Shown in pieces: positions 48,339 through 60,480 of a stretch of 64,000 nt of DNA; position 1 is the first letter of the stretch; each line of letters opens with the position of its first letter. The stretch covers positions 34,906,001-34,970,000 of the forward strand of contig NC_043010.1 of the NCBI RefSeq assembly GCF_006345805.1. The letters are read 5' to 3'. This DNA comes from Octopus sinensis (lineage: Eukaryota). A model generated the notes under the pieces. That model did not search any database, had not been told where the DNA came from, and was given only the letters and a program-made list of their open reading frames with translations. Position numbers and translations under genes: made by a program.

Positions 48339-48874
48339 GGTTGAAAAATTATCTGAAAACACTTTGAATCATTTAGAAACTAGGAGATAAAATTTTGCTC
48401 AGGAAAGTTTATTTTCATTTTCTTTTTGCTTTCCCCCACCATCACCTTCAGCATCACTAGTTGAAAGTGAAGCATATCACCTGTTTCCCGTTTTACAGTA
48501 ATTAAACAGTTTACAAATTATCAATTAATGTATGTGTGTAAAGAAAAACTGTATACAAATGTGTGCGAGTATGTAGCTACGTGTGTGTGCATGCAAACAC
48601 ACATACAAACACACACAAAAAAAATGAGAGAAAAAACAAGGAAAAAACCCACCAAGAGCATCCAAATTAACGAGGAAAAATCTATTGATATCTCTCTAGT
48701 TTAGTGATACAGAAAGGCCGGAATTTCAGCTGAGTGGATGAGATATCAAACTATAAAATCATGGTTTGCGAGTTCATCTCCTGCAGCAGAGATGTAAACA
48801 TTTTGGAGTATTTCAAGAGTAAGAGAAGGAATGTGGTGATGTGATGTGAGAAGAATTAGTGTGCATCTTCTTTT

Positions 48875-49200
48875 ACTTACTTCAGTCATTTCTGCAGCCA
48901 TGCTGGGACACAGCCTGAAGAATTTTAGCTGAACAAATCAACCCCAGTACCTATTTCCATTTTTTTAAGCTTGGTAGTTATTCTATTGGTCTCTTTTGCC
49001 AAACCACTAAGTTACAGGGACGTAAACACACCAACACTGGTTGTCAAGCAGTGGTGGGGACAAACACAGACACAAATATAAATATATATATATATATATT
49101 CAATGGGCTTCTTTCAGTTTCTGTCAACCAAATCTACTCATGAAGCTTTGGTCAGCCTGAGGCTATAGTAGACACTTGCCCAAGGTGCCATGCAGTGGAA
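48875..49200 (-). mobile_element. SINE family A
   Basis: CTTCAGTCATTTCTGCAGCCATGCTGGG...GGGCTTCTTTCAGTTTC...GACACTTGCCCAAGGTGCCATGCAGTGG. Confidence 0.8.
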
Positions 49201-50041
49201 CAACTCCATTTTTTCTACACTCTGTTGAAAGGCAAGTGCCTTCCACTTTTCTCAGCAACAAAACTTAACAAAACTTACTCAACATTCCACCAACTCTTCT
49301 ATATCACAGCTTGTTCCAACAGAAATTTGAATCAACATCACCACCACTGCGATGTATCACACAACCATGGGCAGTCTCAAGTGGTTTGATGTCAAAAGGC
49401 TTGAGGAGTTGACAAACAAGCCCGGAGCCTTTAATGGTGAACTAATGATCAAATATTTTGAGTATTTAAATTAATTTTATTTGTTAATTGATCATGATAT
49501 AATTAGGATCTTTTTCCTTTTTTCCTTTTAATTTCCATATTTTTTTATTTTTTTAAAATTTTATCTAGTTTCAGCTCACGAGCTGTGGTCATGCTGGGGC
49601 ACCGCCATATATATATATATTAAAGCTAAAATAGCTGGTTTTAAAATTTCTGATAGAGATTCAAGTAGTATCAATACTAAGCAGTTATGTTTGTTGCCAC
49701 TTTTGCATGGCTGTTCCATGCAGAACAATGTTACTACATTTTAATCCCAGGAAAAGATCTTTTCCAGTTAGTTAATGACACAACTTATGACTGTTATATT
49801 GCCAGTAAGGGAGCAAACCATTCCCTTCCAGCATAGGAAGACCAGTAGACCAACCAGTTTCTGGGTGCACGCCCATCCTCAGATGCTTGCCTGCTAGAGT
49901 CACTCATGCCAGTTCGCAATATATAAACAAATAAGTAACAATCAGTTGCTGATCTTGCAAGCTAAAGTAGCTGGTTTTAAAATCTGTCATATGTATGTAT
50001 GTATATAGATATATATATGTGTGTGTGTGTGTGTATGTACG

Positions 50042-50190
50042 GGAGGTTTCTTTCAGTTTCTGTCTACCAAATCCACTCCCAATACTTTGGCTGGTCTGAG
50101 GCTATAACAAGAGACACACGCCCAAGGTGCCACACAGTGGGGCAGAATCCAGAACCATGTGGTTGGGAAACAAACTTCTTACCTGTACCT
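50042..50190 (-). mobile_element. SINE family A, 5' half
   Basis: TTCTTTCAGTTTCTGTCTACCAAATCCACTC...CCCAAGGTGCCACACAGTGGG...AACCATGTGGTTGGGAAACAAACTTCTTACC. Confidence 0.8.
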
Positions 50191-50929
50191 ATAATTGATC
50201 AAAGTTTAATTAAGATCTTTTCTTTCTTTTCTCTTTAATTTCCATGCTAAGAAGCAGTTAGGTGTCACCATAACTTTTGGGGTAACCTTGAAAGGTAATG
50301 GTCTGTGGAGATGATCGTCACAGGTGGAATATGTTGTTAACCTCTCCCCACCACCTATTCTTGGTATTTTGAATGTATGTTTATTTTTTACGTTGCTAAG
50401 TTACAAAGATACTACTGCAGTTAATGGACATACCAATACCAACAGCTTTGGGTGGAGTATGATTTTATAGCTCTGACTCATCAACATAGAGCAGTTGAAA
50501 TAAAAAGTTCTTTAAAAATAAAATGAATTAAAAAAAAAAAGGAACTATTTCTCTGAATTCATTGCGATTAGATTTTTTAATTTATTCTTACTTCTTTAAT
50601 ATTGTAATTTTTTTTTCCCCCTCAAGACTTTAAAGCATTTCACCAAAATTCAGAAGTTTTTATAAATGATAAATATCATCTTTGAATTCTACCATTTTTC
50701 TCAAAGCAATTTTCAAATGAATATTTAATGAAAAAAATATCTGTAGTTCAAAGTAAAATCTAAAATTTCTAGACATATCAGAAAAATAGATATGCATTGT
50801 AGATATATGTAATTATATCTTTATCTTTTTGCTGTAGTTAACATATGTAAAACTTTAAACAAATGTTATCTTAACTATGGGAAAAAAACCCAAAGACATA
50901 CTCTGTTACACAAACCAGTTATCAGTAAG

Positions 50930-51120
50930 GCGGGAAGGTGTAATCTATAATGGAAACACCATTTGTATAATTTGTACCAAGTGTATCCCTGCATGTCATG
51001 AGAGGTGACCAAATGGGTTAGCATCACAAAGGTCATCCAACTGTAAAGCAATTCTGCAAAAAACTTTCATCCAATTCATGCCATCAAAAGTACAAACAAA
51101 TGTAAAACTGCTGATGGTAT
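50930..51120 (+). mobile_element. Short element: decayed TCCCTGC..GTCRTRAGAGGYGACYAA motif joined to an RTE-type 3' tail
   Basis: Motif at 50986-51012 followed at once by GGTTAGCATCACAAAGGTCATCCAACTGTAAA...CATCCAATTCATGCC; similar arrangement at 16262-16360. Confidence 0.4.
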
Positions 51121-51872
51121 AGGCACAGGCATGGCTGTGTGGTAAGAAGCTTGCTTCTCAATCACATGGTTCCAGGCCCAGTTCCAATATGTGGCACCTT
51201 GGGCAAGTGTCTTCAACGATTGTCTTGGGCCAATAAAAAGCCTTGAAAGTGGATTTGGTAAACAGAGTCTGAAAGAAGCCTGTCCTATGTGTGTGTGTGT
51301 GTTTGTCCTGCCATCACTGCTTGACAGTTGATGTTGTTATGTTTATGTCCCCGTAAATTAGCAGTTCAGCAAAAGAGACAGGTAGAATAAGTACTAGGCT
51401 TTAAAACCCTTCAAGGCTATGCTCCAGCATGGCCACTGTCAACTGACTGAAACAAGTAAATTAATAAAAGAATATATATGTACATACAATAGGTGGAGTG
51501 GCTGTGTGGTAAGAAGCTTGCTTCCCAAACACATGGTTCTGGGTTCAGTCCCACTGTCTTCTACTATAGCCTCAGGTTGACAAAAGCTTTGTCAGTGGAT
51601 TAGGTAGATGGAAACTGAAAGAATCCCGTTGAATATATGTGTATATATATATATATGTATGTATTTGTGTGTCTGTGTTTGCCCCACCAACAGCTCTTGA
51701 CAGCCTATGTTGGTGTGCCTACGTCTCCATAACTTAGCAGTTTTGGAAATGAGACCAATAGAATAAGTACTAGGCTTACAAAGAATAAGTCATGGGGTCA
51801 ATTTATTTGACTAAATGTGGTGTTTCAGCATGGCCACAGTCAAATAACTGAAACAAGTAAAAGAATAAAAGA
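51121..51872 (+). mobile_element. Two tandem SINE family A copies (51121-51472, 51491-51872)
   Basis: Each starts GG(C/A)(A/G)TGGCTGTGTGGTAAGAAGCTTGC and ends ACTGAAACAAGTAAA. Confidence 0.85.
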
Positions 51873-52740
51873 ATATATATATATATATATTTATATATAC
51901 ATACACACACGAATGTAAAATGCACCAATAAGTGTTAGCTTGATCTCCAGTGTACCATGAAGTCAAAACAATAAACAATTGAGAATTACTGAGAGTGGTT
52001 GTAGCATGTTGGTGAATGGAGGTTTACCAGATAGATGGTCTTCAGTTTTTTGGGAGAGGAGTGCAGCAATATGTAAGTGTAAGAAACATAGCTAATGTTT
52101 TTATTCTTTTTTAAGAGACAGCAAGTGAGGAATCCTTGATGGTAGAGAGGGGAACTTCTTATCAGATGCCTTATAGTCCCTCATTCTTTGGTGATGCATA
52201 CAACATCAGATGTTAGATAATTTCTCTCAAGGTGTACCAACAGCTCTCACCTTGACAGAACTGACTTTGCCTGAAACCAATAATGAAATCAAAGACACTA
52301 CCAATAACAGCACCAGGCCCTTGTTCTTTTGTTGGATAGCTAATAATATGGGCCAATCTAATTATGAAGGGAGAATATGTTGTCATCCCTGTTTAAGTAG
52401 TGATGTTTGCAAAGCCTTTGCTTGTGGAAGCAAAGCATGTTTGGCACGAGGTGTATCTATGTTGCATGTAGGAAAGACGCCTGTTGTATTAAAAACTGTT
52501 ATCAAAGAATGAGGGGGGGAAACTATTATCTGCATGGGGGAGGGTGGGTGTATGGGGTGGGGTTGGAGTGTTTGATGTAACAACAAATAGGTCATAACAT
52601 AAGAAGAGAAAAGAAAGGCAGTGGGGGTAACCAACTGAGGGAACACATTATACACAGCTGTATCAACACAGCCATATCAGCCATATATATAATATATATA
52701 TATATATACACACACACGTGCATACACACAGGTGTGTGTG

Positions 52741-53158
52741 TGTGTATTTATCAACATAATGTAAGATGATGTAACAATGTTATATTCAGGCTATCAAGGT
52801 GTTTAAGTTAGATTTGAGAAGAGGAGATATTCAATACCGACTTTATCTTTGTGATAAAAGAATCTGAACACACTCGTATAAAACAGCCTAAACCAACTTT
52901 CTACAACAGTTACATGCGTAGGTGTAGGTATAAATGTGTGTGTGTGTGGTGTGTATTTATCAACATAATGTAAGATGATGTAACAATGTTATATTCAGGC
53001 TATCAAGGTGTTTAAGTTAGATTTGAGAAGAGGAGATATTCAATACCGACTTTATCTTTGTGATAAAAGAATCTGAACACACTCGTATAAAACAGCCTAA
53101 ACCAACTTTCTACAACAGTTACATGCGTAGGTGTAGGTATAAATGTGTGTGTGTGTGT
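52741..53158. repeat. Exact 209-bp tandem duplication bounded by (GT)n
   Basis: ATTTATCAACATAATGTAAG... at 52746 and 52955; no differences seen in the unique part. Confidence 0.9.
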
Positions 53159-53849
53159 GTGTGTGTGTATGCATGTGTGTGTTGTGTATATATGTGTAGG
53201 TGTACTGTGTATATGAGAGTGTAATGGGTATACACACACAGACACATATGTATATGTATATATAACTCTGAAAATACATATAATAATGATTAAAAAGCAA
53301 CAAATACAATGAAGAAAATTGGTGAAAATGCTGGAGAATAACTGCATAATACACTGAAAAATTTATTGATCACTACCATATATAACTAATGTCTTAAGCG
53401 TTCATAGTATGTGGTGATCTCACACCATGTGTAAACAAACTATTAGAGCACAGTTCATATAAGCATAAGACTAATTTATTCCAACCTCACCACACACAAA
53501 ATTGATAATTTGAATAAAAAGAAAATTATTCAGTCCAAGACTATTCATAAGAGAATGCATATGTAGCATCTAATGTGCTATATTTTGCATACATAGATCA
53601 TGCCTGCACAATATGACACCAACTGAAACAAGTAAACCAATACTCCTTGTAAAATTATGGCAATTTTAAAAATAAAGGCCTTAGTTTACTCCTCAAGTCT
53701 CACGAATAAATCAGAAAAGCATAAATGGATGTGAGAGGAATATATTTTTATTCAGCATGTGTATTTTACAGTATAACTAACCAGAAAATGAAAATGGGAC
53801 AATATATTTGTATAAAACCCAGAAATTGAAATAGAATATTTGAAAGAAA

Positions 53850-56171
53850 GAATACTTTATGAAACACAAGTTATGAATACAAAACCACTAATAAAAAATC
53901 AAAACAGTGAGACTACAAACCAAAAAGATAGAACTAACATATGGAAAATGAAACAAAACACAGTAAGTTGAAACTCTATACACTTACATAATATAGACAA
54001 ACAAAAATACCGACCAGAACAACATAAACAAAAATATGAATGCAAGGGGATATGAGGAAGGGTTAAGAATAGGAAATTCTAATGGTGGAAGTCATGACCA
54101 TGACAACCTAAAGCTGGAAATAATTCAAGAATTAAAAACAGTAGATTTCCTATGATTAAACTCATCGCCCAATAATAAGACTTGATAAAATAACAATAAA
54201 TAAAAGAGACTTAAAACAAATACATTAACATCACAAGCCTAAATTAAATAACAAAAGCAGCAGCCATTGCTGTTACAAAAGAAATTAGGTTTTCCACTCG
54301 GATCTACTTCAATGGGAATATCAAGACTCAGACAAACAACTCAGAAAATAAATATACAGAAAAAGAGAGAAAATAAGTGAAAAGATCTCTCAATCCTTCA
54401 TGAAATCAATAACAAAAGGACAAAACTAAAAGCAAAAGAAAAAATACTACAGCAATATGATATAACAAAAAAAAAAAAAAGAAGTATCTGAAATCAAAGA
54501 ATGCTTCAAACACAAAGAATCCTTCAGTATGGAAAACAATGATTCTTTGAACAAAACACTGTAATTTCACCCTAAAATGATTTTGTCAAGAACTTGATAA
54601 ACATAAAATAGAAATCAATACAGAATCTACAGCAGAAGTTGAAGAATTGGGTGGTGGAGGTGGTGGTGGTGGTTGTGAAATTGCATCAGCAGAAAAGGGA
54701 TCACCATGGACAAGATTGCATAAAACAATGAACGTTGAAGCTAAACAAACACAGGAGGTCGTAACCATAAAAGAAATAGCCCCTATACTACAAAATTAAA
54801 TAGATAAATAAATAACTGGAAGGCACTAAAACAAAAGATACCAAACGTCTGACACATAAAGTGCAAGCACAAGTTTTTAATGAGATACTAATGAAGCTGG
54901 AAGCAACACTTTTGACTGGCTTACTGAAGGAAAACCCATTTCAATCCTCAAGAGTAATGAAGGAGTAAAGCCTAAAGACTATAGACTTGTAACCTGCCTT
55001 CCTACAACCCACAAATCCTTAACTGCAATAACATAGCAGAGAGTGAAGAAGCATCTCAATAATAAAAAGCAAAAACAAAACCCATTTCCAGAAGAGCAGA
55101 AAGGATGCTGCAAAGGCTCATGTGGTTATAAAGCTCAATTACTGATTAACAAAGTTATAACTGAAGGAGAAAGAAGGGTCTGAACACTGTAAGGATTCAC
55201 TATCAAAAAGCTTTTGATAGTAGTCACCACAAGTGGATCTTGGAAGCACTAGCTATGAGTAAGGCAGCACCAGTAATAAAAAGATATATAAAACATGTTA
55301 GAAATAAATGGCAAAAATTTTGCAGATGCAAACCAAAATGGGAATTATATAAATGAAACATTATGTAAATGCAACATCTATTAAAGGTGAAAATTCCCAA
55401 GGTAACTCCCTTTCCATCTGGCACTGATACTTTTTAACCAACATGTACTGAGATTAGATACATTACTCTGGTAAGATAATCAACCATCTTTTGCATGTTG
55501 TTGCCTTCAAACTGTATGCTGCAAATGACAAACAACTAGAAACACTACTGCAGACAGTCCATGAATATACCAGAGAAATTGATATGAGATTTCAATAAGA
55601 AAATGTACCTAGGCAACCTTGAAGAGAGGAAAATTAATTAAAAACATTAATACCATGCTAAGTACAGAAACTGAGATAAGGGAACTAAAATAAACACAGA
55701 CATATAAATACTCAGGAATCAATGAACTAGATAGTACACACAAGTGAAAGAAAAGATTGAAACATGAACAAAACAGAAAACCATCTTCTGTTTTCATAGA
55801 AGCCAACAAATATAAAACAAAGATTGCAACAAAAGATAGTTATGAAGGAAAAGCAGTAACAACAGAAAATGGGGAAAGGCTAAAATTTAAACTAAGGAAA
55901 AGGAAAGCCTCCTAATTTAAGTATGACTCCCAAAAGGTAGTATTGTATTGTTCAAAGAAATGGAAAATTCATCCAAATATAAAGATCTGGGAATTGAGGG
56001 AACTTCATTGAGACAGTTGATAACAGAAATAATCTCTATTACAGGGCTTTGGAAATGATAAAAAAAATCATGCAGACATATACATAGGCAAATCCCAGGA
56101 CTTACAAATATGCAAAACATATAGAAAATAGCATAGATAAGGCACACAGAGTTGTGCTTAACACTGCAGTG

Positions 56172-56172
<1 letters not shown>
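53850..56172 (+). mobile_element. R4/Dong-clade LINE, heavily decayed and internally deleted, ending at (AAT)19
   Basis: KDYRLVTCLPTTHKSLT; EEQKGCCKGS; QGNSLS; HLLHVVAFKLYAANDKQLETLLQTV (YMDD lost); C-terminal KYKDLGIE...IPG. 5' boundary approximate. Confidence 0.8.
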
Positions 56173-56231
<59 letters not shown>

Positions 56232-56232
<1 letters not shown>

Positions 56233-56436
56233 GGTTTCAAATTTTGACATAAGGGTCAGCAAGCTTAGGAAAGGGGTTGGTCAATTATATTGACCCTAGC
56301 ATTTAACTGGTACTTATTTTATTGATCCCAAAAAGATAAAAGGCAAAGTTGACCTCAGCAGAATTTGAACTCAAAACTTAAAGATGGATGCTAAGCATTT
56401 TGTCCAGTGTTCAAACTATTTTGCCAGCTTGCCGCC

Positions 56437-56489
<53 letters not shown>

Positions 56490-56600
56490 CCTTTCTGTTA
56501 TAAGAAGGCATGAAATTTGGGGAAAGGGAGCAAGTTGATTTCATCAACCCCAGCACCTGACTGGTACCATTATTTTATCAACCCCTAAAAAGCAAAGTGA
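56232..56600 (-). mobile_element. Two SINE family B copies (56232-56438, 56490-56600) separated by (AAT)17
   Basis: Nin-like body and head CCAGCTTGCCGCCTT; the second copy is truncated by the Tx1 3' end. Confidence 0.8.
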
Positions 56601-57520
56601 AGTGTAGTATGGAATGATATAAAAAAATAGCAGAAAGTATACACAGTATAGTGTATAAACAAAAGTAAAGCAGCATATATAGTATACATCAATAAATGTA
56701 AAAAGGTGATAGAGATGTGATCCTCCTGATACAGGAGGACTCAATTAAAGAACCCCATCATCCAAGACCCCACTGAATACCAAGCGCAAGTGTCCTCTCC
56801 AACACCTGTTCTCCACTTTACAGGTCTACACTTAGGGTGGTGTCATTTACTCTTGCCATTTTTACCATTTTCATCCACCTTTCAATAAATTCACTCAAGA
56901 ATAGCACATCCCTCTCTACTTTCACTTTCCTTTTGAAGTTAAACTGGAAAAAGTTGATGAGGGCTCTACTGAAAAGGAATGTCTCTACCCTCATATATCA
57001 GACAACCTTTTTTTTGCCATAGCCACCAGACAAAGGAAAACTGTTGCTTACCTACCTGATTAAAAGGCTGCAGGGCAATCATCTTTATAGATTTAGCCAA
57101 TAGACAGATCTGTCCCACTTGTGACAGCAGCTGTTTGATATAACTCCACAACTCAACAATGCCAAGACACTGAATGAGTGTAGGCAGAACAGTTTTCTTG
57201 CTCTGTGCACATCTCAGACAAGCCCATCTGACAGCACATGCATGTTAGTAGAGCTTATCTTGACTCAGCTGCACTCCTTGAGAGCTCTGCCAGACCAAGA
57301 ACTTCTGGAAATTATCCATGGTAGTACCCAACTAGAAAGTCCTCTGGAACTGACCAGTCCATTTTTGTTAATGCCCAGAGTCCCTGAGAAAGTCATACTT
57401 AGCTGCCAATAATCCTCTATAGATAGCTAAAGTGGAACATTCTCTGATCCCATTGCCTGACTGGTAGAGAGCTACAAGCATCAAATGACATTTTAGGTGC
57501 CAGACACCCAACCTCAATCT
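56600..57520 (-). mobile_element. L1/Tx1-clade LINE 3' fragment (zinc-knuckle region and 3' UTR)
   Basis: TMDNFQKFLVWQ...DKLY...CLRCAQSKKTVLPTLIQC..LWSYIKQLL (decayed CCHC); FERW-like FIERWMK C-terminus; 8-bp hairpin TCCTCCTG-ATA-CAGGAGGA at 56721-56739. Confidence 0.7.
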
Positions 57521-57773
57521 TTTTTTTTTCACCCATGAAAACACTAATGTATACAAAATCAAGAAACAGTTCTAAACAACATAGTATGGTTTACATTCTA
57601 ATGTAAGTTCTTGTCCTTGTAACAGATATTCTCAAAATTTCTTATTTAACCCAGCAGGGGCCGGAAGCTGTGTCGAACAATATTACTCTACAATGCCTAC
57701 TCAAGGGGACTAGTTGTTGCATAGTCAGTATTTGTTTCTATTCAATGTCAGAGGAAATAATATTATCATTATA

Positions 57774-57808
<35 letters not shown>

Positions 57809-58519
57809 AAATAAGATGATGAAAATGAGAATTTATAACATGGGTACAAGACCTTAAATTTTGGAACAGAGCACATTTGTTTCTTGAATTGACCTCAATA
57901 CTCAAATGACAAAGTTGATCCCAGCAGGATTTGAAATCAGAGTGTAAAGGATGTAACTAAGCACAATACTTTACTTTAATAAAGTCAACATATTGGTTTC
58001 ATTTTCAGTTTTTTATTCATGTATAAAATTAATTTGTTCATAACAGATATTTTCTGATAAATTAGGGTTACTAAAAAAATTAGAAAAGAAATTAAATATC
58101 AGCATAGTGGTAATAGCAGTGATGGAGTTGTTGTTGTGGTGGTGGTAGTGGTGGTGGTGTGATTAGTGTTAATGATGCAAACGGTACTGGTAGTGGCATT
58201 ACTAAAGATGGCAATGGTTATGATGATGATGATGATGATAGAGGCAATGGAGATGATCATATTAAAAGGCTGATGATGACAATGATGATGGTGGTAGTAG
58301 TGGTGGTGGTGGTAGTGGTTAGCACAGTGTTGGTGATGCTCATCATGATGATGGTGATTGTAAGGCCAGAAAGAGTTCACAAGCTGAACAGAGGAAGACA
58401 AGGGGGCAGGTGAACATATACTTTAGAGACATATTAATAATAATCATCATAAAATTTTCGATTTATCATTATCATATTTAATAATTTCAATGAAAGAAAA
58501 AATAATGATAATAATAATA

Positions 58520-58550
<31 letters not shown>

Positions 58551-59380
58551 CATTACTATTGTTATCATTATTATTATTAGTAGTAGTATTACTATTACTA
58601 ATCTGTCATAAAGTCATAGAAGTGATTATAAGTCCACAGGTTCTTTTTCAATAGACTGATGACAGATTTAGATTCAGCTTAATCCAGCTGCTATAATCCT
58701 TTATTAAACTAGATTTTCTATCAATTTCTCTTTTACAAATCCCTTCTCTGTAAAGAAAGAATATATTAACTATATTTAAGAGTTAAAAGTAATTCTCATT
58801 TAAAGAAGTGGTAAGGTGTTAATTTTAAGCTATGATCAGCTCAAATTCAGCAAACCTATTTTAAAGGTGGTTCCAACTGTGATCTGTCCCATTTTTTGTT
58901 TTGACTAAAAATATATATAGGACTATATTGACTGATATATGCTTTTCTAGGATACAGGATGTGATGGATGGAGTGGGGGAATTTGGCTGCTATTTCTGAC
59001 AGTTTGGGTCATCACAGTAGAGTGGTTGAATATGAGCTCCCTGGGGAGAGAGTGAGAGTGGAAATGCTTTAAAACTTAAATTCCTCAGCTACTCAAAACT
59101 ACTCCCAGTAAAATCTTATCCCCTCATTTACCACTTGCATCAATTCTACCACATTAGCCTTCACATGCACTTATACACACATGCATCAAAACACACATAC
59201 ATATACACAAAAACACTATAAAATGAAACGCTTCAATGGTGACCCAGTGACCCACTAGGTTTTACAGGACAATTTCTTACCAGATAATCTTATTTAAGAT
59301 TATTTCAGCTTACAGCTTGTCAAGGAGAAAGAAAATGGGTATAGTTGTCCAAAATTTCAATGACTTATATTCTATATAGG

Positions 59381-60480
59381 CATCATCCTCATCACTGTTT
59401 AATGTCTATTTTCCATGTTGGCATGGGTTGGACGGTTTGACTGAGGACTGGTAAGCCAGTAGGCTGCACCAGGCTCCAATCTGATCTGGCAAGGTTTCTA
59501 CAGCTGGATGCCCTTCCTAACGCCAACCACTCCAAGGAACCAGTCAGGCAGCACTGGCACCAACCATGTTTGGATGGTGCTTTTTATGTGCCACAGCACA
59601 GGAGGCAGTTGGGGGGCACTGGCATCAACCATGTTTGGATGGTGCTTTTTATGTGCCACTGGCATGGGGAACCAGTCAGGCAGCACTGGCATTGACTCAT
59701 GCTTGAATGGTGCTTATTATATGCCTCCAGCATAGGTGCTAGTCAGGCAGCACTGGCATTGGCCACAACTACGATTTTGATTTTGATTTTACTTGACTCA
59801 ATAGATCTTCTCAAGCACAGCATATCACCTGATGATTCAAGGGTACTTTTAAATGGGCTGGTTATGCAACACTGGCATCAGCCACGGCTGTGATCTCACT
59901 TTACTTGCCAGATCATTGGCCACAATTCGGTTTCACTTGACTAAACAGGTCTTCTCAAGCACAGCATATCACCCGACAATTCAAGGGTACTTTTAAATGG
60001 GCTGGTTATGTGACACAGGTATTGGCCATGGCTGTGACCTCACTATACTTGCTGGGTCTTCTCAATCACAGTATATCTCCAAAGGTCTTGATCTCTTGTC
60101 ATTGCCTCTGTGAGGCCCAACATTTGAGGGTCATGCTTCACCACCTCATCCCATGTCTTCCTGGGTCTCCCTCTTCCACAGGTTCCTTCCACTGTTAAGG
60201 TGTGACACTTCTTCACACAGCTCTCCTCATCCATATGCAGCACATAACCATATCAGTGCAGTTGTCTCTCTTGAACACCACATCTGATGCTTCCTATGTC
60301 CAACATTTCTCTCAGGGTGCTTACACTCTGTCATGTATGCACACTGACATTATACATCCAGAGAATCATACTAGCTTCATTTACTGCTGTGTAGCATGGC
60401 TGTTCACATACATGCATCATATTGTCTACCTTTTACTCTGAGTGAGAGGCCCTTTGTTACCAGCAGAGGTAGGAGCTTTC
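59381..60480 (-). mobile_element. RTE-clade LINE 3' fragment (C-terminus, repeat-expanded 3' UTR, tail)
   Basis: MDEESCVKKCHTLTVEGTCGRGRPRKTWDEVV; 3' UTR homologous to 37708-38150. Confidence 0.88.

Noticed and set aside
48060-48700. Promoter or enhancer cluster (E-box CACGTG, TAAT motifs, GA repeats)
   Set aside because: Motifs are short and common in AT-rich DNA; no transcript or conservation evidence is available from the sequence alone.
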